Assembly (NCBI GenBank): GCA_040757355.1
Contig: JBFLWY010000012.1
Span: 204 to 64,203, forward strand
Length of the DNA: 64,000 nucleotides
Direction: 5' to 3'
Source of the DNA: Bacillota bacterium
GTDB lineage: Bacteria; Bacillota; Desulfotomaculia; Desulfotomaculales; Ammonificaceae
Shown here: positions 1-8,606 of the stretch, in pieces
Position numbering within the stretch: the first letter of the stretch is position 1
Layout: each line of letters opens with the position of its first letter
The notes under the pieces: model-generated
Told to the model about the DNA's origin: nothing
Seen by the model: the letters and a program-made list of their open reading frames with translations, nothing else
Databases searched by the model: none
Program-made: the position numbers and the translations under genes

Positions 1-85
1 CCGCTTCTCCAGCCTGCTCCTCCAGCGCCTCCAGCACCCGCCTTTTCATCTCCGGATCCAGTTGGTCAAACTTAATTGCAGCCAT
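1..85 (-). CDS. hypothetical protein, 5' end only (runs off the window start)
   Basis: ATG at 85 lies 8 nt downstream of AAGGAGGG (rc of 94-101). The frame stays open to position 1 (MAAIKFDQLDPEMKRRVLEALEEQAGEA...). No family recognised. Confidence 0.35.
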   Translation of the reverse strand, partial: MAAIKFDQLDPEMKRRVLEALEEQAGEA

Positions 86-146
86 AAAAACAGCCCTCCT
101 TTATACGAAATCGACCACAATCCGGACAGATAATTTCCGCCTCGCC

Positions 147-425
147 TCAACCGCTATATCTACCACAAAACGGGCAGATAAACTCCAGGCTGCCGTCAGA
201 GTAGACCATCACTACCGCATCGTGTTTAGCACACCCGCCGCATCTTATCCGGTGACTGCCAACCACACGAGGTTCTTCAGGTTCACGCTCGTACTGGGCA
301 GCAGAACGTCCGCCTCGGCGACCACGCTCTTCTCCGTTACGGTAATACCGCTGCCGCTCTTCCTCCTCCTCGTCCCGATCCGCATCCTGTACACCGAAAC
401 CAAACAGATCTCTCAGCAACCCCAT
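147..425 (-). CDS. small acidic protein with C-terminal zinc-ribbon (CxxC...CxxC)
   Basis: ORF 147-434. The best start is ATG 425, preceded by GAGGGGGTG. It has a charged low-complexity middle and the C-terminus RCGGCAKHD...ICPFCGRYSG, a four-Cys ribbon. Confidence 0.5.
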   Translation of the reverse strand: MGLLRDLFGFGVQDADRDEEEEERQRYYRNGEERGRRGGRSAAQYEREPEEPRVVGSHRIRCGGCAKHDAVVMVYSDGSLEFICPFCGRYSG

Positions 426-472
426 TCGCCACACCCCCTCATTATTCTAATAAAAAGATAACAGGTAGATTG

Positions 473-655
473 CTACCTGTCAACATCTCTTGATAAAATT
501 TCTTCAACTTCTTGTATCTTTTTTATTACCCATTCTCTTACCAGCGCGGTAGCGGGTTTATCCAGTCGATTAGCAACATCGTACAGCCTTTTCTTCCATT
601 CCTCCGGCAGTCTCAAATAAACTACTGCGGTCCCTTTCCGGTAGACGTTCGGCAT
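473..655 (-). CDS. ribbon-helix-helix (CopG/Arc-like) small DNA-binding protein
   Basis: ORF 473-694. The internal ATG 655 has a GGAGGGA RBS. The pattern VVYLRLPEEWKKRLYDVANRLDKPATALVREWV (beta strand followed by two helices) is typical of RHH proteins. Confidence 0.5.
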   Translation of the reverse strand: MPNVYRKGTAVVYLRLPEEWKKRLYDVANRLDKPATALVREWVIKKIQEVEEILSRDVDR

Positions 656-678
656 CAATTCCCTCCATTTTTTCTTAA

Positions 679-708
679 AGTATACTACCCGCAATCTACC
701 TAATGCAA
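679..708 (-). promoter_or_regulatory. putative sigma-A promoter for the RHH/zinc-ribbon genes
   Basis: The minus strand reads TTGCAT (708-703), an 18-nt spacer, then TATACT (684-679), about 25 nt upstream of the ATG at 655. Confidence 0.4.
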
Positions 709-987
709 CATATTTCTAAGGAAAAAATTACCCCTCTCATCAACCGAAACTAACGCGCCACCGCCTTCCCGGCCAACCGCAACAAACCCGCCAGTGTTAC
801 CACCTCCCACTGCTTCTAAAGAGACTTAACCAGGTCCTATAGCGGGAATTTAAAAAACAGAGAAATTCTTGGTTTTGTTTAGCAAGCCTTAGATAATCCA
901 AGGAAATCCGGTCAATATTTAACTTAATAATCTAATTCAAGCCTTGAACTTTGGCTGTTATTATACCATAATACCGGGACAGCTTGA

Positions 988-1026
988 CAAAAAGACCACC
1001 AGAGCAAAGCAGGCGACCGGTGGTCT
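988..1026 (-). terminator. rho-independent terminator downstream of the M23 peptidase gene
   Basis: Minus-strand RNA forms AGACCACC (1026-1019) / GGUGGUCU (1000-993), an 8-bp stem with an 18-nt loop, followed by UUUUUG. Confidence 0.6.
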
Positions 1027-1173
1027 CTTCCGAAAATAACTCCTGAGTCGCGAGTCCCAAGTCCTGAGTCCGATAACAAATCAAGACCCTTCTGAGTGCT
1101 GGTCGTAAACGACTCCCTTTTGGGGTTTTATTTATATGGGGTTTCAGGCTAAGCCAATTGCCGGGTATCAAAC

Positions 1174-2301
1174 TTAAACGTACCCGAGCGGATCATGAGG
1201 CGTGCCGTTGACACGGACCTCGAAGTGCAGGTGCGGCCCGGTGGAAACACCGGTGGAGCCGACGGAAGCTATCTTCTGGCCGCGTTTGACATCCTGCCCC
1301 TCCCTGACGTTGTAACTTGAGAGGTGCGCGTAAAGTGTAGTCACGCCCCCACCGTGGTCCAACATAACCACCTTCCCGTAACCCTGCATTGTGCCGACAA
1401 AAATTACAGTCCCATCGTTTGCAGCTACAACCGCCGACCCGTAGGAGGCCGGTATGTCAATCCCCGAATGAAATCGGACTACGCGCAAAATCGGGTGCAA
1501 CCTGTTACCGAACCCGGAAGAGATAACCCCGCAACTCGGGACAGGCCAGAGAAAAGCTCCCGAAGCACGCTTTGACCGCTTTGCACGCTCGAGGGCTATC
1601 TGACGCAGGATTTCCCGCTCTCTTGCCTCCAGCGCATCAAGTTCCGCCTGAAAACGTTTCAGGTCATTTTTAGCCCGTGACAGGAGAGATTCCTTTTCAT
1701 TCTGCCGGGACGCAAGTGCCATCTTGGCAGATTCCTCCTTTGCCCGAAGGAAAACCAACCGGTTTCTGCGCGCCTCCACCTCCTGCTTGTAATCCTCAAC
1801 CTCTTCCCGGCGCGCGGTCATCTCGTCAACCAGCGCTGAATCGTAGGAAACAATTTGCTGAAAGAACTCCATCCGGCAGATAAAATCATTGAAATCAGTG
1901 GCCCCCATTAGCACATCGAGGTAACCTACGCCCCCCTCCTCGTAAATACCCCGAAGGCGCTCGCGGAACAACTCGACAGTCTCTTTCAAGCGTTCCTCGG
2001 CCTCTTGCAGCTCACGCTCGGCTTTCCCAAGTTCAGCTTCCGTCTTGCCAAGTTCCTCTGTAAGGTTTTCGATCTCCGCAGACTTTGACGCTATAGACCT
2101 GTCAAGCGCCGCTATTTCCTCGGCAAAACTCCTGACAGTGCTCTTTGTGTTCTCTACCGCTCTGCGCTTCTCGCTCAGTTTACTCCTGGTCTCCTGGAGA
2201 GTTTCTTCCAAACTCTTTCCCCAGGCCGTCGGCCAGAGACCGATCAACATACTGCAAAGAACCATTACGGCGACTAAACCACGGCGTAAGTGCAAAACCA
2301 T
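1174..2301 (-). CDS. coiled-coil M23 (LytM-type) peptidoglycan endopeptidase, probable FtsEX-coupled hydrolase
   Basis: It has an N-terminal signal/TM ([19 protein letters not shown]) and ~200 aa of E/K/R/L-rich coiled coil. The C-terminal M23 domain keeps the metal ligands HSGIDI (HxxxD) and HLHFEV (HxH). It sits directly downstream of ftsEX. Confidence 0.85.
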   Translation of the reverse strand: MVLHLRRGLVAVMVLCSMLIGLWPTAWGKSLEETLQETRSKLSEKRRAVENTKSTVRSFAEEIAALDRSIASKSAEIENLTEELGKTEAELGKAERELQEAEERLKETVELFRERLRGIYEEGGVGYLDVLMGATDFNDFICRMEFFQQIVSYDSALVDEMTARREEVEDYKQEVEARRNRLVFLRAKEESAKMALASRQNEKESLLSRAKNDLKRFQAELDALEAREREILRQIALERAKRSKRASGAFLWPVPSCGVISSGFGNRLHPILRVVRFHSGIDIPASYGSAVVAANDGTVIFVGTMQGYGKVVMLDHGGGVTTLYAHLSSYNVREGQDVKRGQKIASVGSTGVSTGPHLHFEVRVNGTPHDPLGYV

Positions 2302-2518
2302 CCCCCCTCAACACTGCGAGACCTGGTATGCACCTTAGGAGGCCCGCACGGCCTTCCAATTCCTAAACCGACAACCTCTGCTAAATGTGACATACTTGAA
2401 AACTTTACTGTTACACGTCTAAATAAAGTATCGGCTGTCTTCTGATTTAGTATTAGCATTTCATGACTAAATTTCCAGAATAATGTTTCCTATAAAACCC
2501 AGCGAAGAGGGGAATACT

Positions 2519-3409
2519 TCAAACTGTCAGGAAACGGTGTACGGAAAGCGCGCTCGCGAACGCACCTAAGAGGACCCCGCACGCAAGCAGGGAACCATAA
2601 ACCATCAGCAGGATGTCGTTTCCGGTCACCGGCTGCAGGAAGATAAAAGCCGCTTCCTGTACCCTTTGTACCAGCGAAGAATACCCCCAATACAAAAGAC
2701 CCGCTGCAAACGCCGCGCCGCTGAAGCCGATAATTATCCCCTGGAGGATAAACGGACCGCGCACAAACCAGTTGGTTGCTCCTAACAATTTCATAATTCC
2801 AATTTCTTCCTCACGGTTTAGAATTGAGAAACGGATAGTAGTCATCGTAAGGAACACTGCAGCAAACCCGAATAAAACCACCAGCGCAACCGCTGCAATC
2901 CGCATCCAGTCAGTGATCTTTAAGAGTTTCTCTACTACGCCTTCCCCGTAACGCACCTTCTCCACTCCTGGAAGAGCCGCCGCTTGCTTGGCAATGAGAG
3001 CGACCTGAGAGGCATCCTGCGGTCTCACCCGGAACGCATCGGGCAGCGGGTTGTCTTCTTCTAGGCCCGTTAAGAGCCGGCTCTTTTCACCCAGGTCTTT
3101 CTTCAGCTTCTCCAGCGCCTCGTCTTTCGGGATAAAGGTGACACCGGCAACGCCTTCAATCCCTTCCAGTTCCCGGTTGATCTGTTCTATAATGTCAGGT
3201 GTGACTTCCTCGCTCATGAACACGGCGACCTCGATCTCGCCTTCCACCATACGGGAGAAGTGTGCGGCGTTAAGTGCCAGAAGGGAAACAAAACCCAAGA
3301 GAAAAAGGGAGACCAGAACCATCCCCGTTGCAGAAGCCGCCAGCCAACTGTTGCGGAAAAGGGATACTAAAGCCTCACGCCACCAACGCCACAGCATTCT
3401 AAGTGCCAT
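2519..3409 (-). CDS. ftsX: cell-division ABC transporter permease FtsX
   Basis: 296 aa with one N-terminal TM, a large extracytoplasmic loop and three C-terminal TMs. It overlaps ftsE by 11 nt. Confidence 0.9.
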   Translation of the reverse strand: MALRMLWRWWREALVSLFRNSWLAASATGMVLVSLFLLGFVSLLALNAAHFSRMVEGEIEVAVFMSEEVTPDIIEQINRELEGIEGVAGVTFIPKDEALEKLKKDLGEKSRLLTGLEEDNPLPDAFRVRPQDASQVALIAKQAAALPGVEKVRYGEGVVEKLLKITDWMRIAAVALVVLFGFAAVFLTMTTIRFSILNREEEIGIMKLLGATNWFVRGPFILQGIIIGFSGAAFAAGLLYWGYSSLVQRVQEAAFIFLQPVTGNDILLMVYGSLLACGVLLGAFASALSVHRFLTV

Positions 3410-4085
3410 ACCGGTAACTCCCCTGTACGTCCTGTTCAGAAAGGCAGCCCTCTTTCAGGGCAATCACTCGTTTCTTAAGCAGATTGACTATATCCCAGGC
3501 ATGAGTGGCCATCAGAACCGTAGTACCCTCCCGGTTTATCTCCATGAGAAGCCGGATCAACTCCCGCGCATTTTCTGCATCCAGATTCCCTGTCGGTTCG
3601 TCAGCCATCAACAAGCACGGCCGGTTAACCAAGGCCCGGGCGAGTGACACCCGCTGCTGCTCCCCGCCGGAAAGCTGGCTGGGAAAACACCGTATTTTTG
3701 AAAGGAGCCCAACTTGGGCCAGTACTTCCGGAACCCTTTTCTTAATCTCACGCCACGGTTTACCCGCAATTTCCATTGCCAGCGCCACGTTCTCAAATAT
3801 CGTCTTGCGGGGTAACAGACGGTAATCCTGAAAAACCATGCCTATCTGCCGGCGAAAGAGAGCAACTTCCCGGCTTTTTAACCTCCCTATGTTTTTACCG
3901 TTAAAGATCACCTGGCCGCGGGTGGCCAACTCCTCCCGGCAAATGAGCCTGATCAGTGTTGTTTTCCCAGCTCCGCTGGGACCAACCATAAAAACAAACT
4001 CCCCCGGATCAATGGTCAGAGTCACGTCCACAAGCGCTTTAACCCCGTTAGGGTAAACCTTCGTTACGTTGTAAAGGCGCACCAA
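3399..4085 (-). CDS. ftsE: cell-division ATP-binding protein FtsE
   Basis: Walker A GPSGAGKTT, ABC signature LSGGEQQRV and Walker B LLMADEPTG. 228 aa, the typical FtsE length. Confidence 0.95.
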   Translation of the reverse strand: MVRLYNVTKVYPNGVKALVDVTLTIDPGEFVFMVGPSGAGKTTLIRLICREELATRGQVIFNGKNIGRLKSREVALFRRQIGMVFQDYRLLPRKTIFENVALAMEIAGKPWREIKKRVPEVLAQVGLLSKIRCFPSQLSGGEQQRVSLARALVNRPCLLMADEPTGNLDAENARELIRLLMEINREGTTVLMATHAWDIVNLLKKRVIALKEGCLSEQDVQGSYRYGT

Positions 4086-4389
4086 CAGGAATCACCTCTA
4101 TACTATTGTTGAGGGTCTGTTCGGCGTTCAGCCGAAAGAATTTGAAACAGGTGTAATACTCTTGTGCCGACTTGAAGCCGGACCTTAAGGGCAATTTTCC
4201 AGTGTCTCCCTGTATGAGTCTAATTTCCAAACAAACGCCAACTTGTCTCTCTATTCGACATTCGCCCGGTAATTCCTCTAAAAACGGAAAAAAAAGAAAA
4301 GTTTAACTTTTGGTTTTGCGGCCAGAAAAAACAAAAAGCAAGGTTTCCCTCGCTTAAGGCGAATACTGTGAGAATAAAGCGATAAAATG

Positions 4390-5331
4390 CTATTTTTTAC
4401 GAGTAATAACTTGCTTAACGGCAGAGACGATGTGTTTGGGAGTAAGCCCGTACTTTTCAAGGAGTTCCGCCGGTTTGCCGGATTCACCGAAAGTGTCTCT
4501 GATTCCGACCCGTTTCAGCGGGACCGGATAGTTCTCCCCGAGAACCTCCGCTACGGCACTCCCCAACCCCCCGATAATACTGTGCTCTTCGGCGGTAACA
4601 ACGGCGCCGGTATCTTGAGCGGCCCCGACAACCGCATCAATGTCAATGGGTTTTAGGGTGTGAATATCAATCACCCGTACCCTTATCCCTTCCTGTTCTA
4701 GGATATCCGCCGCCTCCACTGCCGAAGCAACCATAATTCCCGTGGCAATAACGGTAGCATCGCTCCCCTCTCTGACCCGCACCGCCTTACCCGGTTGAAA
4801 GACAAAATCCTCCCCGTGTAATACCGGTACCGGCGCACGGCCGAGCCGGATGTATACCGGTCCCTTGATTGTTACCGCGGCCCTGACCGCGCAGACTGTC
4901 TCCACTGCGTCAGCCGGCACAAACACTGTCATATTGGGCAGCACACGCATCAATGCGATATCTTCAACGGACTGGTGAGAACTTCCATCTTCTCCAACTG
5001 TGATCCCTGCGTGACTGGCACATATTTTCACGTTCAGACGGGTGTATGCGATGCTTTGGCGGATCTGGTCAAAAGCGCGACCGGTCGCAAAAACGGCGAA
5101 TGTTGAGCAGAACGGCACCTTGCCTGCCGCCGCCAGGCCTGCGGCCGTGCCCATCATATTCTGTTCCGCTACCCCGAAGTCAAAGAACCGCTCCGGAAAT
5201 TGTTTTTTGAAATCGATGGTTTTCGTCGACTTCGCCAGGTCAGCATCAAGCACTACCACATCCCGGTTTTCGGCCCCCAGCGCGACCAGCGCCTTACCGT
5301 AAGCCTCACGAGTGGCTATTTTCTCCGTCAT
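4390..5331 (-). CDS. transketolase, C-terminal (pyrimidine-binding) subunit
   Basis: FDFGVAEQNMMGTAAGLA motif. ATG 5331 is preceded by GGAGGAGG. It follows the N-terminal subunit with a 1-nt gap. Confidence 0.9.
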   Translation of the reverse strand: MTEKIATREAYGKALVALGAENRDVVVLDADLAKSTKTIDFKKQFPERFFDFGVAEQNMMGTAAGLAAAGKVPFCSTFAVFATGRAFDQIRQSIAYTRLNVKICASHAGITVGEDGSSHQSVEDIALMRVLPNMTVFVPADAVETVCAVRAAVTIKGPVYIRLGRAPVPVLHGEDFVFQPGKAVRVREGSDATVIATGIMVASAVEAADILEQEGIRVRVIDIHTLKPIDIDAVVGAAQDTGAVVTAEEHSIIGGLGSAVAEVLGENYPVPLKRVGIRDTFGESGKPAELLEKYGLTPKHIVSAVKQVITRKK

Positions 5332-5332
5332 G

Positions 5333-6157
5333 TTAGCTCCTCCTCCCAAGTTCCTCTAAGGCTTGTGACGCCTGCTCCGCTTTGGGAGCCGTCCCGTGCC
5401 AGTCAACCTGGTTCTCCATAAAGGAAACGCCTTTACCCTTTACTGTCCGGGCGATTATCATTGTCGGTTTGCCCTTGGTCTCTTTTGCTTCCGCGACGGC
5501 GTCAAGGATCGCCGTAAAGTCGTGGCCGTCAATCTCAATTACGTGCCACCCAAAAGCTTTCCACTTATCTCCCACCCGCCCGAGCGACATGACCTCCTCC
5601 ACCGGGCCGTCAATCTGGAGGCCGTTATAATCGAGAAAGACCGTGAGATTATCAAGCCTGTAATGCGCCGCAGACATCGCCGCTTCCCATATTTGTCCCT
5701 CCTGAATCTCGCCGTCACCAAGCAAAGCGTAAACCCGGTAATCCCTGCCGTCCAGCCGCGCCGCCAGGGCCATTCCGTTCGCCGCTGACAACCCCTGTCC
5801 CAGTGAACCGGTGGACATCTCTACACCCTGCAGCTTCCGCATGTCGGGGTGCCCCTGCAAGCGACTGCCGAGTTTCCGTAGCATCATCAGTTCCGGCGGC
5901 GGGAAGAAACCACGTTCTGCCAAGGCGGCGTACAAGAGGGGAGCGGCATGCCCTTTGGAGAGAACAAAGCGGTCCCGGTTTGGATCATCCGGACGTTTTG
6001 GGTCAATCCTCATCACCGCAAAATAGAGTGCGGTGACAATGTCGGTCGCGGAAAGCGAACCCCCGGGGTGTCCGGAACCGGCCGCAGCAGTCATTAAAAT
6101 GATGTACCGCCGGATTTCTTTCGCCTTCGCCTCCAACTTCATTAGCAGTTCCCGCAT
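5333..6157 (-). CDS. transketolase, N-terminal (TPP-binding) subunit
   Basis: GHPGGSLS and [13 protein letters not shown] thiamine-diphosphate motifs. This is a split transketolase, as in many Clostridia and archaea. Confidence 0.9.
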   Translation of the reverse strand: MRELLMKLEAKAKEIRRYIILMTAAAGSGHPGGSLSATDIVTALYFAVMRIDPKRPDDPNRDRFVLSKGHAAPLLYAALAERGFFPPPELMMLRKLGSRLQGHPDMRKLQGVEMSTGSLGQGLSAANGMALAARLDGRDYRVYALLGDGEIQEGQIWEAAMSAAHYRLDNLTVFLDYNGLQIDGPVEEVMSLGRVGDKWKAFGWHVIEIDGHDFTAILDAVAEAKETKGKPTMIIARTVKGKGVSFMENQVDWHGTAPKAEQASQALEELGRRS

Positions 6158-6278
6158 TAACTCTAACCTCCGTTATGTATAGAATTCAGACCACCCCGCA
6201 TCCTGCGTGCAGACTTCTAGCTTTGGGCACCAGCTTCTATCTCCTTAGTACTGACTACTGAATTCTAACCTGTAATCC

Positions 6279-7124
6279 TTATCCCCGATACTCCTTAAAT
6301 CCTTCACCCAACACCTCATGCACGTTGGCAAGTATCACGAAAGCACGGGGGTCCAACCGGTATACAACATCTTTCAACCGTGTAACCTCGCTTCTGGAGA
6401 CCACCGAAAGAACAAGCATCCGCGCTGTCCCGGTATATGCCCCTGTACCCTGCCAAAGGGTTGCGCCCCGGTTTAGTTCGTTTAAAATCGCACGCGCGAT
6501 AGTGTGGCTTTTATCGGAGATTATCAAAAAGGCTTTCGTATAGCCCAGACCCTCCTGAACAATGTCCACCACCCAGGCAGAAACAAAGATTGTAATCAGG
6601 GCGTACATCGCCAACTCAGGCGACTGGAACGCGAAACCGGCAGCGAGAACAACCGCCCCGTCTACCAGAAAAAGCAACTGGCCGACGTTTATACCAACGT
6701 AGCTCCGTAACACAGTCGCCGCCATGTCTGTGCCGCCCGTTGTACCTTTAGCCCGGAAGACGAGGCCCAGACCCAGCCCTACGAGAATACCGCCGTAGAG
6801 GCTCGCAAGCAGCGCATCAGTGGTCGGGACAGGCAAAAACTGTGCCAGTAAGTCGACCATGCCCGAGAGAAGCACTGTACCAATAAGCGAGCGTATGCCA
6901 AAACCGAAGCCAAGACGGAGAAACCCCCAGAGGAAAAGCGGAACGTTAAGAGCAAGCATGCCGGCGCCGACGGGAATGGAAAAAAGATGAAACAAAATAG
7001 TAGCTACACCGCTGACGCCGCCAGCCGCAATCTTATTCGGGACCAGGAAAAGGTCGAGCCCCAGGGCGATTAAAACCACCCCAAAAAGTAAAAGCGCATA
7101 ATCTTTCAGCGCCCTGGCAAACAT
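6279..7124 (-). CDS. YitT-family membrane protein (DUF2179 C-terminal domain)
   Basis: Multi-TM N-terminal part plus a soluble C-terminal domain (LVLSVVSRSEVTRLKDVVYRLDPRAFVILANVHEVLGEGF). ATG 7124 is preferred over ORF start 7163 because of the GGGGGTG RBS. Confidence 0.8.
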   Translation of the reverse strand: MFARALKDYALLLFGVVLIALGLDLFLVPNKIAAGGVSGVATILFHLFSIPVGAGMLALNVPLFLWGFLRLGFGFGIRSLIGTVLLSGMVDLLAQFLPVPTTDALLASLYGGILVGLGLGLVFRAKGTTGGTDMAATVLRSYVGINVGQLLFLVDGAVVLAAGFAFQSPELAMYALITIFVSAWVVDIVQEGLGYTKAFLIISDKSHTIARAILNELNRGATLWQGTGAYTGTARMLVLSVVSRSEVTRLKDVVYRLDPRAFVILANVHEVLGEGFKEYRG

Positions 7125-7273
7125 GTGCACCCCCGGCTTAGCATACCACAAAGCGCAAAACATTATATCTATTCGAGCCTAACCGGGGAAATCCTGCTTG
7201 AGCCGTCTAAAATTGGATGTAAGGATAAGCGAAACCGTACGCAGGTGGCTTTACGGGGTGTCCCGGCTATCTT

Positions 7274-8408
7274 TTAGGATGTGATCGGGTATGTACTTGC
7301 TCGTTGTTTGGCCTCCGTCCGTAAAAAGGCGCGAATGAAACCGTCAATCTCACCGTCGAGCACCGCCTGAACGTTTCCCTGCTCGAGCCCGGTCCGGTGG
7401 TCCTTTACCAGACTGTACGGGTTTAAAACGTAAGAACGGATCTGGCTGCCCCAGGCAATTTCTCGTTGTTCCCCGCGTAGCGCCGCCAACTCCGCTTCTT
7501 GCTCTTTCAACTTAAGGTCCAGCAGCTTGGCCTGCAGAATCTCCATCGCCGAGGCCTTGTTTGCCGCCTGAGACCGCTCGCTCTGGCACGTAACCGTTAT
7601 CCCCGTCGGCAGGTGCGTTATTCGCACTGCAGATTCGGTTTTGTTAACGTGCTGGCCGCCCGCGCCGCTGGCCCTGAAGGTATCGATCCGCAGTTCCTCC
7701 GGTTTAATCTCTACCCCGGTATTCCCGGTTACAACCGGTAATATGTCAACCGAGGCAAATGAAGTGTGCCGCCTGCCGCCGGCGTCAAAGGGGGAGACAC
7801 GCACAAGACGGTGTACACCCCGCTCGGCCCGGAGGTATCCGTACGCGTTAAGCCCGATTACTTCAAAGGTCACACTCTTCAAACCCGCCTCGTCCCCGGG
7901 AAGCAAATCGAGGATTTTCACCTGGTAGCCCTGCGTCTCCGCCCAGCGCGTGTACATCCTGAGCAACATTGCCACCCAGTCCTGGGCATCCGTCCCCCCG
8001 GCGCCGGCATGAAGCGCCACTATGGCGTTCCCCGGGTCATAAGGGCCGGACAAAAGCACTGCTATTTCCATCGCGGCAACGCCTTCCGCAAGGTGTTTCA
8101 GGTCCAGTACAAGTTCGGCAAGGAGCCCGTCGTCGCTCTCTTCTTCCGCCAGATCGAGCAAAATGGCAATTTCTTCGCACTCGTTCCGGAGCCGCTTATA
8201 CTCGGAGAGCGTGTCACGCAGAGCCGCAAGCTGCTGTGTAACCGACTGAGCCTGGGTTTGATTATCCCAGAAACCGGGCGCGGCCATCTGAGCCTCTAAT
8301 TCAATGATTTTCTTTTCTTTGCCGGCTATGTCAAAGAGAAGCCCCGAGGCTTGTTAAACTTTCTTCCAAAACCTCGAGTTCCCGCCTTAGCTCTGCGTAC
8401 ACTTCCAT
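7274..8408 (-). CDS. prfB: peptide chain release factor 2, made by programmed +1 frameshift
   Basis: Frame 0 starts at ATG 8408 (RBS GGGAGG) and encodes MEVYAELRRELEVLEESLTSLGASL, then an in-frame UGA. A +1 shift at CUU UGA C continues DIAGKEKKIIELEAQMAAPGFWDNQ into ORF 7274-8287. SPF (RVSPFD) and GGQ (GGQHVNKT) motifs are present. Confidence 0.92.
8331..8336 (-). other. RF2 +1 frameshift site CUU UGA (C)
   Basis: The minus strand reads GGGGCUUCUCUUUGAC, an SD-like GGGG a few nt upstream of CUU-UGA-C. This is the canonical autoregulatory prfB recoding signal. Confidence 0.9.
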
Positions 8409-8487
8409 ACCTCCCAAACTCTTCAACATTTCATGCCGGAAACGCTACCTATATTTAGGCCTTCCATCTCAGCTAATTCTGTTGTAA

Positions 8488-8587
8488 TTCAGAAAGCAGA
8501 AGCCAGAATTAAGAATGGGCTTGTGGGAATTCGCGAAGCGAATTCCTTTAATAAACTTTCTGGATTCTGACTACTGACTCCTGACCC
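8488..8587. repeat. family-B intergenic hairpin element (GAATTCGC core)
   Basis: The central palindrome is GGAATTCGC-GAA-GCGAATTCC (8526-8546). It is flanked by CAGAAGCCAGAAT... and ...TTCTGGATTCTGACTACTGACTCCTGACCC arms. It lies 20 nt downstream of the secA stop. Confidence 0.7.
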
Positions 8588-8606
8588 TTAACTCCGAGCC
8601 GATAAG

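Noticed and set aside
4086-4389. Terminator, riboswitch or family-B element in the tkt-ftsE spacer
   Set aside because: I found only weak A/T-rich tracts and a GCGAAT word. There is no convincing stem-loop with a U-tract and no conserved RNA core, so the evidence is too weak to call.
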